Shown in pieces: positions 36,276-47,474 of a stretch of 64,000 nucleotides of DNA. Origin of the DNA: Candidatus Zipacnadia bacterium (GTDB taxonomy: Bacteria > Armatimonadota > Zipacnadia > JALGUG01); assembly GCA_029820995.1 (NCBI GenBank), contig JALGUG010000001.1:36-64035 (forward strand), given 5' to 3'. The stretch's first letter is position 1, and the number at the start of each line of letters is the position of its first letter. The notes beneath the pieces are model-generated. The model saw nothing but the letters and a program-made list of their open reading frames with translations, did no database searches and had not been told where the DNA came from. Made by a program: the position numbers and the translations under genes.

Positions 36276-39200
36276 TTATTCGAGGTCGTCCTGGTCGTCT
36301 TCGGCCTCCTGCGTCGTCAGTCCTTCCAGGCTCTCGCTCGAGTCCAACTCCGCTATCGCGCTTCTCACCGAGCTCTGCAGCAGCTCCGCAGCGTCCAGAT
36401 TACTGCCCAGCTCGGTTGTCGCCTCCAGCGGGGCAGCAAGCTGCACGGCAGCCACCGGCTCCTCCACTCCCGGCGCACGGTCCACCTCAACGTCACGGTG
36501 GACCGGCATGCCGCTGCCGGCTGGGATCAAGCGGCCGATGATGACGTTCTCCTTCAGTCCGACTAGGTGGTCGCGCTTCCCGGCCGTGGCCGCCTGAGCC
36601 AGGACGCGCGTGGTTCGCTGGAAGGAAGCCGCGGACAGGAAGCTGTCGGTAGCCAAAGAAGCTTCGGTGATACCCAGCAGCACCCAGTCCGCCGTAGCCT
36701 CGCGGCCGCCTAACTCGCGGACCCGCTTGTTCTCGTCTTCGAAGGCAAAGCGATCTACAACTTGACCCGGCAGGAAGTCGGTGTCGCCGTGCTCGCGGAT
36801 CTTCCGTTTCCGGAGCATCTGCCGCACGATGACCTCGATGTGCTTGTCGTTGATTGTCACGCCTTGCGACCGATAGACCGCTTGGATCTCCCGGAGCACA
36901 TACTCCTGCACTCCCCGCACGCCCTTGAGCTGCAAGACCTTCTGCGGATCCAGTGGACCAGCCGTCAGACGGTCACCGGCACGCACTCGAATGCCTTCGC
37001 GCACAAACAGTTCGCCTCGGTACGGCACGAGGTGGTTGATTCTGATCTTGATCTTCTCCACGCCCGCCTTCTGCAGGCGCCGGACCACTTTTTCCGTGAT
37101 CTTTTCGTTTTCTTCCACCAGAACCTTCTTAGTGCGCTTGTTGACCACCTTTTCCGCGGCGCGCTCGCCGCGCAGCGCCCGCGGGTCGTCTAGGGGCTGT
37201 TCCGAATGGATGACCACCGTGCGCAAGCCCTTCGTCTCGACGTCCGCCACCACGCCGTCCACTGACGAGGTGATGGCCTGTCCCTTGGGCCGACGTGCCT
37301 CGAACAGCTCCACCACTCGAAGCAACCCGTGAACGGGCGTTTCCAGCACCTTGAGCATCTCCTGGATCGCCCTCAACTGCTCCCGCTCTCCCATTCCCGT
37401 CTCCAGCGATACCAGGCCGCGGTCAACGTCTTCGTGCAAGCTGCGCAGAGCCTCTTGCTTCCGCTTCTTGACCTCTGCGACACCCGTCAGATACTGCCCG
37501 GCGATGCCGCCCGTGTGGAAGGTCCACATCGTGATCTGGGTGCCCGGCTCGCCGATGGATTGCGCCGCAATAATGCCGACTGCGGTGCCTACATCCACCA
37601 AATGACCCGTCGCCAGGTCTCGGCCGTAGCACCGCGCGCAGATCCCCTGCCGCAGCTCGCATGTGAGCGGCGACCGGATTTTGCAGACCCGCACCCCGGC
37701 CGCCTCCATCCGTTCGGCCAGGTGCTCTGTGATCTCCTTGCCTTCGGACACAATCAACTCGTTGGTCTCCGGGTGCCGGATATCTGCCGCCGCGATCCGA
37801 CCGATCACGCGCTCCGACAGCGGTTGGATACATGCGTCCTGAATCGGGCCCGGGATCTCAGCGCCGCAGTGCTGACAGCGGCCCAGCCGATGGAGATCCT
37901 CCTCTCCGCAGGCCGGGCAGTGGACCTCCTCCTCGTACATGGGCGCCACTTCGATGCCCTCGGTTGTGCCGCAGTCCTCGGCCCGGATGATCACGTCTTG
38001 GGCTACATCCACCAGACGCCGTGTCAGGTACCCGGCATCCGCCGTTCGGAGCGCGACGTCCGCCAGGCCCTTCCGGGCCCCGTGTGTGGACACGAAGTAT
38101 TCCAGAACGTTTAGACCTTCCCGGAAGTTGGACTTCACGGGCAGGTCCTCGATCATTCGGCCGAAGGGATCGCACATCAGCCCGCGCATGCCCGAGATCT
38201 GGCAGATGTGGGTCCGTTTCGCCCGGGCCCCTGAGTTGGTCATCATATAGAGCGGGTTGAACCGATCAATGCCCGCGAGAATGGCGTCCGCAATGTCCTC
38301 TCGCACCTGCTGCCATAGGTCGAGAACCTTCTGCTCCCGTTCGCCCTGGGTAATCAAGCCCTGCGCGTGCTGCTTGTTGGTCGCCCGGACCTCCGCCTCC
38401 GCCTGCGCGATAAGTCGTTCGCGCGGCGTGGGGATGTCCGTGTCCTTCAGGCAAATGCTTATGCCCGAATCCATGGCGAACTTGAAGCCGATATCCTTGA
38501 TCTTGTCCAGCAACTCAACAGTTTTCTCCGGGCCGTAGATCTGATGGCACCGCTCCGTAATCTCCGCCAGCTCACTCTTGGCAATGTCCTTGTTGCTGAA
38601 CTGCATATCCAGCGGGAGCAGGTTGTTCCAAATCACACGGCCGGCGGTGGTCTCCACTTGCTGTCGTTTCACAGCCACCCGTACCACTGCCGATACCGGA
38701 CAGCGGCCTTCCGCCATGGCCCGCGCTGTCCACCAGGCCAGCTCATCCTCGACCGTCAACCCCGCCGGCGGCGTGGTCTGACCGTTTTCCTCCGCAGACC
38801 CGTAGATCTCCGCAATCAGCTTCTTGGTGAACTTGCCCTGCCAGTTGATCTTGGTGACGTCTTCGCCCCGTTCGTGCGCCAGAGCTACGGTGCGCCGCAG
38901 ATCAATCTCCAATTGCGGGTCAAGCTCCATCGGCTGCTTCTTGAACTCCGCCGAGGCCTCAATCAGCCTGACGCGGCACTTGATCGCGGCGTGCAGGTCC
39001 AACTGGCCATGGTCAAAGGCCAGTTCCACCGCATCGGGGTTCTCGTATACGTGCCCGGTCCCCTTCGCTCCGGGGCTTTGCTGAGTCAAATAGTAGCAGC
39101 CTAACACAATGTCGTACAGCGGAGCCGACACCGGCTTGCCATCCGCCGGTTTGAACAGATTCACGGACGACATCATCAGCAGGCGCGCCTCCGCCTGAGC

Positions 39201-41039
39201 GTGAGCTGACAGCGGCACGTGCGCGGCCATCTGATCGCCGTCGAAATCGGCATTGAAGGCATGACAAACCAGGGGATGAAGCTGGATCGCTTTGCCTTCC
39301 ACCAAGACCGGCTCGAAGGCTTGAATGCCCAGCCGGTGCAGCGTGGGGGCCCGATTCAGGAGAATGGGGTGCTCCTGGATGACCTCCTCCAGCGCATCCC
39401 ACACCTCCGAGCGCAGCCGGTCCACCATGCGCTTAGCTGTCTTGATGTTGGTCGTGTAGCCCTTCTGCACCAAGCGCTTCATCACGAAGGGCTTAAACAG
39501 CTCCAGGGCCATCTCTCGGGGGAGACCACACTCGTGCAAGCGCAGCTTCGGGCCGACCACAATAACTGAGCGACCGGAATAGTCCACCCGCTTGCCCAGC
39601 AGGTTCTTGCGGAAGCGCCCCTCCTTGCCTTTGAGCATGTCGCTCAGCGACTTCAGGGGACGTTTGTTGGAACCCGAGACCGGGCGCGCCCGTCGCCCGT
39701 TGTCAATCAGGGCATCCACGGCCTCCTGCAGCAGTCGCTTCTCGTGATTGATAATCGATTCGGGCGCCTTGATCTCCACAATCCGCCGGAGTCGGTTGTT
39801 CCGATTGATGATCCGCCGATATAGGTCATTGAGGTCCGAGGTCGCGAACCGACCGCCATCCAATTGCACCATGGGGCGCAGCTCCGGCGGGAGCACTGGA
39901 ACAACATCCAGCACCATCCACTCCGGGCGGTTCTTCGACTTGCGGAAAGCTTCCACGACCTGCAGCCACTTGATGGCCTTGGCCCGCCGGGCGCCGGTGC
40001 GCTCTTCTATCTCTTTGCGCAGGTCATGCGCCAGCTCGTCGAGGTCAATCTGCCGCAGCAGTTCCTTGATCGCCTCTCCGCCCAGACCGGCCCGGAACAC
40101 GTCGCGGATCGGCTGCCCGACACGCTCCTCGCAGATCTCGAGCAATTGCGTGAGATTCCGGTACTCGATCTCCGTGATGAGCTGCTTGGGCTCCAACTCC
40201 ATCAGCAGCGTCAGCGACTGATCAATATCCCTCTGCCGCTCCTCAGCGTGTTCGTGTTCCGCCTGAATCCGGGCCGTCAGCTCTTCCTCCGTCAGGGCCT
40301 GAGGCCTCGGTTCCTCGGCCAGAATCTGCGCTAGACCCCCCAGGTCAGACCCCTCGTCGGCCACCTCCTCCAGCTCATCACCATCCTCGTCGCCGTCCTG
40401 ATCCTCCTCTTCCAGCTCCTCCTCGACCAGCGCCTCCTCAAACTCCCCCTGCTCCTCCTGTTCCTCCCGAGCTGCCGCCTCAGCCTGGGTCCGCAGGCCC
40501 TCTTCATACCGCCGCTTGAGCTCCTCGATGGCGGCATCCCGCTCCTGCAGCGTCGCCAGCTTCTCTTCCTCGGCCGCCGCCGCGATCTCATCGGCCAGCT
40601 TGTTAATCCGGTCCCGATCCACATGCGTCACGATGTACGAAGCGAAGTACACCACTTTCTCCAACAGCCGCGAGGACATGTTCAGCAGCAAGCTGATCGG
40701 GCTCGGCACGCCCTTCAGATACCAAATGTGCACCACGGGCGCCGCCAATTCAATGTGGCCCATTCGGCGTCGCCGGACTTTCGCCCGCGTGACTTCCACG
40801 CCACAGCGGTCGCAGATGATACCCTTAAACTTGACCTTCTTGTACTTGCCGCAGTGACATTCCCAATCGCGCGACGGACCAAAGATCCGTTCACAGAACA
40901 AGCCATCACGTTCGGGCTTGAACGTGCGGTAATTAATCGTCTCGGGCTTCTTCACTTCCCCCCGAGACCACGCCCTGATTTGCCGAGGGGAGGCCAGTCC
41001 GATGCTTACCACATCGAAAGTACTGGATGACTCTGCCAC
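36276..41039 (-). CDS. rpoC: DNA-directed RNA polymerase subunit beta' (unusually long, with several lineage-specific insertions)
   Basis: ORF 36276..41093. I preferred the GTG at 41039, with AAGGAGG 9 nt upstream. It has the N-terminal zinc motif [23 protein letters not shown], the catalytic NADFDGD, and trigger-loop and bridge-helix regions. The product is 1587 aa. Confidence 0.95.
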   Translation of the reverse strand: MAESSSTFDVVSIGLASPRQIRAWSRGEVKKPETINYRTFKPERDGLFCERIFGPSRDWECHCGKYKKVKFKGIICDRCGVEVTRAKVRRRRMGHIELAAPVVHIWYLKGVPSPISLLLNMSSRLLEKVVYFASYIVTHVDRDRINKLADEIAAAAEEEKLATLQERDAAIEELKRRYEEGLRTQAEAAAREEQEEQGEFEEALVEEELEEEDQDGDEDGDELEEVADEGSDLGGLAQILAEEPRPQALTEEELTARIQAEHEHAEERQRDIDQSLTLLMELEPKQLITEIEYRNLTQLLEICEERVGQPIRDVFRAGLGGEAIKELLRQIDLDELAHDLRKEIEERTGARRAKAIKWLQVVEAFRKSKNRPEWMVLDVVPVLPPELRPMVQLDGGRFATSDLNDLYRRIINRNNRLRRIVEIKAPESIINHEKRLLQEAVDALIDNGRRARPVSGSNKRPLKSLSDMLKGKEGRFRKNLLGKRVDYSGRSVIVVGPKLRLHECGLPREMALELFKPFVMKRLVQKGYTTNIKTAKRMVDRLRSEVWDALEEVIQEHPILLNRAPTLHRLGIQAFEPVLVEGKAIQLHPLVCHAFNADFDGDQMAAHVPLSAHAQAEARLLMMSSVNLFKPADGKPVSAPLYDIVLGCYYLTQQSPGAKGTGHVYENPDAVELAFDHGQLDLHAAIKCRVRLIEASAEFKKQPMELDPQLEIDLRRTVALAHERGEDVTKINWQGKFTKKLIAEIYGSAEENGQTTPPAGLTVEDELAWWTARAMAEGRCPVSAVVRVAVKRQQVETTAGRVIWNNLLPLDMQFSNKDIAKSELAEITERCHQIYGPEKTVELLDKIKDIGFKFAMDSGISICLKDTDIPTPRERLIAQAEAEVRATNKQHAQGLITQGEREQKVLDLWQQVREDIADAILAGIDRFNPLYMMTNSGARAKRTHICQISGMRGLMCDPFGRMIEDLPVKSNFREGLNVLEYFVSTHGARKGLADVALRTADAGYLTRRLVDVAQDVIIRAEDCGTTEGIEVAPMYEEEVHCPACGEEDLHRLGRCQHCGAEIPGPIQDACIQPLSERVIGRIAAADIRHPETNELIVSEGKEITEHLAERMEAAGVRVCKIRSPLTCELRQGICARCYGRDLATGHLVDVGTAVGIIAAQSIGEPGTQITMWTFHTGGIAGQYLTGVAEVKKRKQEALRSLHEDVDRGLVSLETGMGEREQLRAIQEMLKVLETPVHGLLRVVELFEARRPKGQAITSSVDGVVADVETKGLRTVVIHSEQPLDDPRALRGERAAEKVVNKRTKKVLVEENEKITEKVVRRLQKAGVEKIKIRINHLVPYRGELFVREGIRVRAGDRLTAGPLDPQKVLQLKGVRGVQEYVLREIQAVYRSQGVTINDKHIEVIVRQMLRKRKIREHGDTDFLPGQVVDRFAFEDENKRVRELGGREATADWVLLGITEASLATDSFLSAASFQRTTRVLAQAATAGKRDHLVGLKENVIIGRLIPAGSGMPVHRDVEVDRAPGVEEPVAAVQLAAPLEATTELGSNLDAAELLQSSVRSAIAELDSSESLEGLTTQEAEDDQDDLE

Positions 41040-41118
41040 TGCTCCCGTGCCTCCTTGCCTGAAGTGCCGTCCCAGTGACCATCGCCACCACACACTGGGC
41101 TGAGACCTGCCCGCCTAC

Positions 41119-44100
41119 CTACTCGCCGTACTCCTCCTCCGGATCCTTCAACTCGACGACGCGCCCTTCGGCCGTCTCCATCTTGACCTCCAGCGCCAGA
41201 CTCTGCAGCTCCTTGACCAGTATCTTGAACGATTCCGGGATTCCCGGCTCGGCGATGTTGGTCCCCTTGACGATCGATTCATAGGTCTTTACGCGCCCCA
41301 GGACGTCATCGGACTTGATCGTCAGGATCTCCTGCAGCGTGTACGCCGCTCCGTACGCCTCCAGCGCCCAGACCTCCATCTCGCCGAACCGCTGTCCGCC
41401 AAACTGCGCCTTGCCCCCCAGCGGCTGCTGAGTGACCAGCGAGTACGGCCCGGTGGACCGCGCGTGGATCTTATCTTCCACCAGATGCAGCAGCTTCAAG
41501 ACATACATCACCCCGAGGGTCACTGGTTGATTGAACGGCTTCCCCGTGCGGCCGTCATACAACACCGTCTGGCCTGTTGTCGGGTCGAGCTCGGCCCAGT
41601 GCTCCGCGTTCCTTTGAGCCTGTTCCGCGATCAGCTTGGCACGCTTGGTCTTCCCGGACGCAGCCTCAAATGCCTCCGGATCCACGCCCAGCCACTCCGC
41701 CAGACGCCCCAATTCCTCCTCGGATCGCTCTTGTAGCTGCGCCACCACAGTCTCCATCGCCTCCGCCACAGTCGCCTCGCCGTTCAGCCTAATCCAATTG
41801 CCAAACCGGCACAGTTCGCACATCGCGTACCGTCGGAAAGCATCAGCCCTCTGTTTGGTCGCAACCTCCTCCAGCCCGGCGAAGATCTCTTCCGCGCTGA
41901 TACCTTCGAAGATCGGGCTGGTATAGACCCGTCCCAACTCACGTGCCACCAGGCCCAAGTGCGTCTCCAGAATCTGGCCGATGTTCATCCGAGAGGGCAC
42001 GCTGAGCGGGTTCAAGACCACATCCACCGGGGTCCCATCGGCCAGATGGGGCAGGTCTTCCACCGGCACGATGTTGGCAATCACGCCCTTGTTCCCGTGC
42101 CGGCCGGTAAGCTTGTCTCCGACCATGATCTTTCTTTTCTGAGCCACATACACGCGCACCAGTTGGTTCACGCCCGGCAGCAACTCGTCTCCCGGCTCCC
42201 GATGCAACTTGCTCACACACCGCTCACACTCCAAGCGGTCGAGCGGCTTGCCCGTCCGATACTCGGCGCCGCAGGTCTCGCACACGTACCGATACCGCGA
42301 GAACACCTTGGTCGCCACCACAATCCCCTTCTCGCCGTGCGGCAGCGGCAGGGACACGTCTCGCATCTCTTCGGCCTTCTTGCCGAAGATCGCAATTACC
42401 AGCTTCTCTTCCGCCGTCAGCTCGGCCTGGCCCTTAGGCGCCACCTTTCCCACCAAGATGTCCTCGGCGCGCACCTCCGCCCCGATCCGGACGATGCCGC
42501 TCTCGTCCAGGTCCTTGAGCGCGTCCTCTCCCACGTTCGGAATATCGCGGGTAATCTCCTCGGGGCCTAGCTTGGTGTCCCGCGCCTCCGTCTCGAACTT
42601 CTCAATGTGGATCGAGGTCAGGACGTCGTCCTTTACCAGCCGCTCGCTAATCACGACGGCGTCTTCGTAGTTGTAGCCCTCCCAGGGGAGGTAGCAGGTC
42701 AGCAGATTGCGCCCCAAGGCCAGTTCCCCACCCGCTGTCGAAGGACCATCGGCCACCGGCTGGCCGGCCTCCACTCGGTCACCTTTGCGCACTACCCGCC
42801 TCTCATTGATGCAGGTGCCCATGTTGGTGCGCACGAAGTTTTGGAGCTTAATGTTGGTCTGCGTCCCATCGTCGTGCTCGATCGTTATGTGCTGGGCGTC
42901 CACCTCCGTCACCACCCCCGCCTGCGGCGCCGTGATCGCCGACCCCGCATCCAACGCCGCCCGGCGCTCCATGCCGGTCTTGATCAACGGCGGCTCCGGG
43001 ATCACTAATGGCACCGCCTGCCGCTGCATGTTCGACCCCGCCAGACCCCGTACCGGATCGTCGTTCTCCAGGAATGGGATCAAGGACGTCGCGATCGAAA
43101 AGATCTGCTTTGCCGACACGTCGCGGAAGTCGATGTCCTTGGCCGAGACTGTCGGGAAGGTGCCCTCCTTGCGTACGATGACTTGATCGTGGACGAAGTG
43201 ACCGTTCTCATCGAGCGGCTCCGAAGCCGGCGCGATGTTGTACTCCTCCTCCTGGTCCGCGGTTAGATACTCGACCTCGTTGGTGGCCCTCCCGTTTACC
43301 ACCTTCTGGTATGGGGTCTGAATGAACCCGAACTCGTCCACCTTGGCGTGTAGTGTCAAATACCCGATCAAGCCGACATTCGGTCCTTCCGGGGTCTCAA
43401 TGGGGCAGATCCGCCCGTAGTGCGAATGGTGCACGTCTCGCACTTCCAGCTTCGCGCTCTGCTTGCTCAAGCCCCCCGGCCCCAGCGCCGACAGCCGCCG
43501 CTTGTGGGCCAGCTCGGCCAGCGGATTGATCTGATCCATGAACTGCGAGAGCTGCCCGCTCCCAAAGAAGCTCTTGATCGCCGCGCTAATCGGCTTAATG
43601 CTGATGATGGACTGGGGTACGATCTTCTCCGGCTCCAGGCTCGTCATCCGCTCGCGCGCCACCCGCTCCATTCGGAGAAACCCAATGCGAAGCTGATTCT
43701 GCAGCAGCTCTCCCACCGCCCGAATCCGCTTGTTCTGGAGGTGGTCAATATCGTCCACACTTCCCTCGCCCCGGTTCAAGGCCACCAAGTACCTAACGAT
43801 CGCGATGAAGTCCGCTTTACACAGCGTGCGTTGCTCGATGGGTACCGAGATGCGCAACTTCTTGTTGATCTTGTGGCGGCCCACTCGGGCCAAATCGTAG
43901 CGCTTGACGTCGGCAAACAGGGACCGCATGAGCGACTCGGCGCTCTCCAGCGTGGGCGGGTCGCCGGGCCGGATCTTCCGGTACACCTCCAGTATCGCTT
44001 CCGCCGCGCTATGTGTCCCGTCGGCCTCCAGCGTCGCTGATACCTGCGCTGGAACCTCCAGCACCACCACCTGCGTTCGTTTCAAGTCGGCGATCTGCTC

Positions 44101-44871
44101 CGCCGCCTTCTCATCAATCTGCTCGAACGCCCCGACAATCGGTGTGCCGTCGGTCGCGTCATAAGCCTGAGTTGTCCAGTGTCCGACCAGATCCTCCACC
44201 GCCGGTCGCCGCAGGCGCTTCTCCTCCCCGAAGACACGCAGCAGCTCCTCGGTCGTCCCGGTGCGCGGTGCCGTGGTCCGCGTTCCCTCGTCAAGGTAGT
44301 CCAGGCCCCGTAGCAGCGTCGTCACCGCAATTTTGCGCGCTTGGCCGATCTTGACGGAGATCACATGGTTCGCGTCGCAGTCCACCTCAACCCAGGCGCC
44401 CTCGTTCGGAATGATCTGCGCCGTGTGGAGCACTCGACCTGAGAAGTCGATCGTGTCCCGGAAGTATACGCCCGGCGACCGCGCTAACTGGCTGATGACC
44501 ACGCGTTCAGCACCGTTGATCAGGAAGGTGCCGCGCTCCGTCATCATGGGCAGTTCGCCCATGTAGACCTCCGACTCCTGAATCTCACCGGTCTCCTTGT
44601 CAACCAGCCGGACCTTCGCCTTCAGCGGGACCTCATACGTGGAGTCGCGTTCGCGACATTCCTCCAGGCTGTGAATCGGATCGCCGATCGTGTAGTTCAG
44701 GAACTCCAGCGACAGGTTCCCGGTGTAATCCTCAATGGGCGAGAAGTTGTCGAACAGCTCCTGCAGACCAGTCTCCAGGAACCACTTGTAGGAGTTGCGC
44801 TGAAGTTCGACGAGATTGGGGACCTCCAGAATCTCGGCGCGGTTCTTCGCAGTGGCACGTGCGGAAGACAT
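41119..44871 (-). CDS. rpoB: DNA-directed RNA polymerase subunit beta
   Basis: 1250 aa with conserved blocks throughout ([48 protein letters not shown]). AGGAGG lies 9 nt upstream of the ATG. Confidence 0.95.
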   Translation of the reverse strand: MSSARATAKNRAEILEVPNLVELQRNSYKWFLETGLQELFDNFSPIEDYTGNLSLEFLNYTIGDPIHSLEECRERDSTYEVPLKAKVRLVDKETGEIQESEVYMGELPMMTERGTFLINGAERVVISQLARSPGVYFRDTIDFSGRVLHTAQIIPNEGAWVEVDCDANHVISVKIGQARKIAVTTLLRGLDYLDEGTRTTAPRTGTTEELLRVFGEEKRLRRPAVEDLVGHWTTQAYDATDGTPIVGAFEQIDEKAAEQIADLKRTQVVVLEVPAQVSATLEADGTHSAAEAILEVYRKIRPGDPPTLESAESLMRSLFADVKRYDLARVGRHKINKKLRISVPIEQRTLCKADFIAIVRYLVALNRGEGSVDDIDHLQNKRIRAVGELLQNQLRIGFLRMERVARERMTSLEPEKIVPQSIISIKPISAAIKSFFGSGQLSQFMDQINPLAELAHKRRLSALGPGGLSKQSAKLEVRDVHHSHYGRICPIETPEGPNVGLIGYLTLHAKVDEFGFIQTPYQKVVNGRATNEVEYLTADQEEEYNIAPASEPLDENGHFVHDQVIVRKEGTFPTVSAKDIDFRDVSAKQIFSIATSLIPFLENDDPVRGLAGSNMQRQAVPLVIPEPPLIKTGMERRAALDAGSAITAPQAGVVTEVDAQHITIEHDDGTQTNIKLQNFVRTNMGTCINERRVVRKGDRVEAGQPVADGPSTAGGELALGRNLLTCYLPWEGYNYEDAVVISERLVKDDVLTSIHIEKFETEARDTKLGPEEITRDIPNVGEDALKDLDESGIVRIGAEVRAEDILVGKVAPKGQAELTAEEKLVIAIFGKKAEEMRDVSLPLPHGEKGIVVATKVFSRYRYVCETCGAEYRTGKPLDRLECERCVSKLHREPGDELLPGVNQLVRVYVAQKRKIMVGDKLTGRHGNKGVIANIVPVEDLPHLADGTPVDVVLNPLSVPSRMNIGQILETHLGLVARELGRVYTSPIFEGISAEEIFAGLEEVATKQRADAFRRYAMCELCRFGNWIRLNGEATVAEAMETVVAQLQERSEEELGRLAEWLGVDPEAFEAASGKTKRAKLIAEQAQRNAEHWAELDPTTGQTVLYDGRTGKPFNQPVTLGVMYVLKLLHLVEDKIHARSTGPYSLVTQQPLGGKAQFGGQRFGEMEVWALEAYGAAYTLQEILTIKSDDVLGRVKTYESIVKGTNIAEPGIPESFKILVKELQSLALEVKMETAEGRVVELKDPEEEYGE

Positions 44872-45046
44872 GGGTGGGACCTCCTGGCGGCTGGCAGAAC
44901 GAGATGAGTGCGCCCGGCGCTGTACTTGTCTGATGCGCGGGGGGATCGCGCAGTCTCTCTCACGGGTACGTAAAGCAACGCCCCCGTAACCTACCTCTGT
45001 CGGGGAAGGTGGCTTGGTAGCACATCGTGTTCCTAAGCAGACTTAT

Positions 45047-45075
45047 ATTCTATCCAGCGCCTACACTCTTGTCAA
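45047..45075 (-). promoter_or_regulatory. Candidate sigma70-type promoter for rpoBC
   Basis: On the minus strand: TTGACA (45075-45070), a 17-nt spacer, then TAGAAT (45052-45047). It predicts a 5' leader of about 165 nt. Confidence 0.5.
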
Positions 45076-45105
45076 GGCCTTTTTTGCTACTCCGGTGCCC
45101 ATGCC

Positions 45106-45134
45106 TTGACACCCGCACAGAGAGCGAGTATAAG
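45106..45134 (+). promoter_or_regulatory. Candidate sigma70-type promoter for the prepilin-like gene
   Basis: TTGACA (45106-45111), a 17-nt spacer, then TATAAG (45129-45134). It lies 33 nt before the GTG at 45167. Confidence 0.5.
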
Positions 45135-45166
45135 GCCCGTAACAATGCCGTTTACGGCCAAGCGAG

Positions 45167-45808
45167 GTGTTCATCTTGAATAGACGCGGATTCACCCTGA
45201 TTGAGTTGTTGGTCGTCATCGCGATCATCGCTATTCTGGCGGCGATCCTCTTCCCCGTGTTTGCCCGCGCGCGAGAGAAGGCGCGGCAAACAAGCTGTCT
45301 GAGCAACCTCAAGCAGATCGGCCTCGGATTCATGATGTACGTGCAGGACTACGACGAGAGGTTCATGCCGGAGTACAACTTCTTTGACGGGATGGTGTGG
45401 TACAACAGTGGCAAGGCGACGTGGCAGATCACCACGTACGGCAACTACCAGCCGGTGATCTATCCCTACGTCAAGAATGACCAGGTGTTCATGTGCCCCT
45501 CGAGCACGCGCACCGACCCCGCGGAGCAGTTCAACTACGACTACGCTATGAACACCTGGCTGCACAACCGGAAACTGGCCGACATTCCATATCCGGCCCA
45601 CCTGCTGATGTGTGGGGATTCAACCTACGAGTGGATTGACCGCGCAGCGCGCATCTATGCCCGGCACAATCAGGGGGCCAATCTCTGCTTCGCGGACGGG
45701 CACGCGAAGTGGCGGTCGGGCCAGGACATCGCCGGCGACCCGGATATGTCCTATCAAGGCCGTAGTTCGGCCTCCTGGCTGACCAGCGGCCCGCCGCCGG
45801 AGCCATAG
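45167..45808 (+). CDS. Prepilin-type N-terminal cleavage/methylation domain protein, DUF1559 / H-X9-DG family
   Basis: 213 aa with a GTG start. It has the class III signal [27 protein letters not shown] and the C-terminal [12 protein letters not shown] (H-X9-DG). Confidence 0.85.
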   Translation: MFILNRRGFTLIELLVVIAIIAILAAILFPVFARAREKARQTSCLSNLKQIGLGFMMYVQDYDERFMPEYNFFDGMVWYNSGKATWQITTYGNYQPVIYPYVKNDQVFMCPSSTRTDPAEQFNYDYAMNTWLHNRKLADIPYPAHLLMCGDSTYEWIDRAARIYARHNQGANLCFADGHAKWRSGQDIAGDPDMSYQGRSSASWLTSGPPPEP

Positions 45809-45843
45809 GCAACGCCGGCCAAGGGCGAATAGACGGAGCCGGC

Positions 45844-45885
45844 GCAATGCGCGTCGCCCTTCATCGGCGGCGCGCATTGCTTTCT
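45844..45885 (+). terminator. Rho-independent terminator of the prepilin-like gene
   Basis: GCAATGCGCG...CGCGCATTGC forms a 10-bp outer stem, with an inner CGCC/GGCG stem, followed by TTTCT. Confidence 0.65.
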
Positions 45886-45906
45886 CGATCTGGTCCTTTG
45901 ACTCGG

Positions 45907-46467
45907 TCAGGCGCAGCGCAGATTGCTGCCGCCGAAGCGCTCCACAACGGGTGTCACCTCCGGGCTCTCCTGTTGCTCCAGCTTTCGGTGGAACCGCCAG
46001 AGCGCCCGGCTGCGGTCGGCGAGCTTCTGCTGCATCGCGTGCAGCTCGGAGAGGTCCTCCAGGTACAGCGCCACCAACAGTTGGTCGCCGCACCATAGAG
46101 GCGCTGCCGCGACCCGGAGGGGCAGGTGCCGCAGGCGAGCCCTGCTGCGCACGGTCAACTCGATCTCCTCCCTGACTGGCCCCAGGTCTCGATCCGCCGC
46201 CGCGCGGGCCAGCTCCAGCAGCCGACACCATTCGCACGCCGGCCCCTCGCCGCACGGCGCCTCGCCGCTCTCGGCGTAGATGCACTGCAGGGCCTCCCCG
46301 GGTCGGCCGCCCGCCGTCGGAGGAACGGAGCGGTCCACCAGCTTGCCGACGCCGCGGCTGAGCGCCGCCACCTCCCAGCCTTCAGTCACGATCAGGATTG
46401 GACCGGGAAGCGCCGCCAGTACGCGCTGGAGGACGTCGAGTTCCGAGGGTGTTTCCGAGTTCGTCAT
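45907..46467 (-). CDS. Hypothetical cytoplasmic protein: PAS-like fold with a four-Cys cluster and a C-terminal coiled coil
   Basis: 186 aa. It contains ...LPGPILIVTEGWEVAALS..., then the Cys cluster C-x10-C-x6-C-x2-C (QCIYAESGEAPCGEGPACEWC), then ...LVALYLEDLSELHAMQQKLADR. I recognise no close family. Confidence 0.4.
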   Translation of the reverse strand: MTNSETPSELDVLQRVLAALPGPILIVTEGWEVAALSRGVGKLVDRSVPPTAGGRPGEALQCIYAESGEAPCGEGPACEWCRLLELARAAADRDLGPVREEIELTVRSRARLRHLPLRVAAAPLWCGDQLLVALYLEDLSELHAMQQKLADRSRALWRFHRKLEQQESPEVTPVVERFGGSNLRCA

Positions 46468-46570
46468 GGGCTATCTTGGCCTCGGGCCGGAATTTGCCGC
46501 GCAGCAGGCCCTCGACCGCGCCTCCACCCTACCTTTCGGCACACCGGCCCAAAAGTTGAGCGCCTGCTGC

Positions 46571-47371
46571 TCATTCTTCCACCCAGACTGCGTCGCCCGA
46601 CCAAGCCTTCATGAACTCCTCGCGCGAATACCAGCTCTTGCCGCCCAGGGGATCGGCTACCAGCGCTCGTTGCGGCTCAATCGCCAGGACCGCCACCATG
46701 TGATCCACGATGCGCATCATGCGCCAACCCACGACGAAGGGCGGCGGCTCGCGCAGCAATTCGTCCCATGACAGCCCCTTGCGCGCCTCGACCCGCCAAC
46801 CCAGATCGCGACCCGCGAGTTGCAGTGCGCGCCGCGCACCGGCCAGTTTCGTGCCCCGCAGAGGATTGGCCGCCGCGAACCGGGCCATCTCGTACTCGCT
46901 GGCCGGGAGGCCCTTCTCTCTGGCGGCCCAGGCCAGCGCCGCCGGCCCACAACTCCAACCCGCGGTCTGGCCGACCTCTGCGCCCGTGGTCCGCCGGTCC
47001 AGAGCTTCGATGGATGAACTGAAGAACACCGAGGAGCCGGTCTCAACGAGGCCGTAGGTCGCGAAGATCGCCGCCAACGTTCCGAGGAGAGCCCGGCTGG
47101 TTCTGCGAGGGATTTGGCGCAAACACAGTCCCAGTAGCAGAAACACCGCAGCATACATCGCGGTGCGGTCGAAGTACACATAGTCCCGCCAGGCAATGTG
47201 GCGCAGGGACCAGTCGCTGTACTGGTGGGTGGCGAACCAAGCGCCGAGACACGCCAGGTCAACTGCGGCCGCCCAGCGCCACAAGCGTGCCTGCCTACCG
47301 CCGAGCAGCCAGCCGGCCAGGGCACCGCCGAAGATAGTGACCAGACCGGCGATCAATCCCAGAATGGCCAT
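46571..47371 (-). CDS. Membrane-anchored papain-like cysteine peptidase (C39-like domain) without an ABC transporter fusion
   Basis: 266 aa. It has about 4 N-terminal TM helices, then GQTAGWSCGPAALAWA (Q-x5-C), with later VDHMVAVL (His) and ADP (Asp), consistent with a C39-type catalytic arrangement. Confidence 0.55.
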   Translation of the reverse strand: MAILGLIAGLVTIFGGALAGWLLGGRQARLWRWAAAVDLACLGAWFATHQYSDWSLRHIAWRDYVYFDRTAMYAAVFLLLGLCLRQIPRRTSRALLGTLAAIFATYGLVETGSSVFFSSSIEALDRRTTGAEVGQTAGWSCGPAALAWAAREKGLPASEYEMARFAAANPLRGTKLAGARRALQLAGRDLGWRVEARKGLSWDELLREPPPFVVGWRMMRIVDHMVAVLAIEPQRALVADPLGGKSWYSREEFMKAWSGDAVWVEE

Positions 47372-47474
47372 ACTGGAATCGTTCCCCGGGCGGTGGCTTC
47401 TTCCTTGGTCGTCGCCGTTCGGCTCACGCTTGCTTCTGCATCAACAACTACCGTCGCGTTACTGTGAAGATCGT

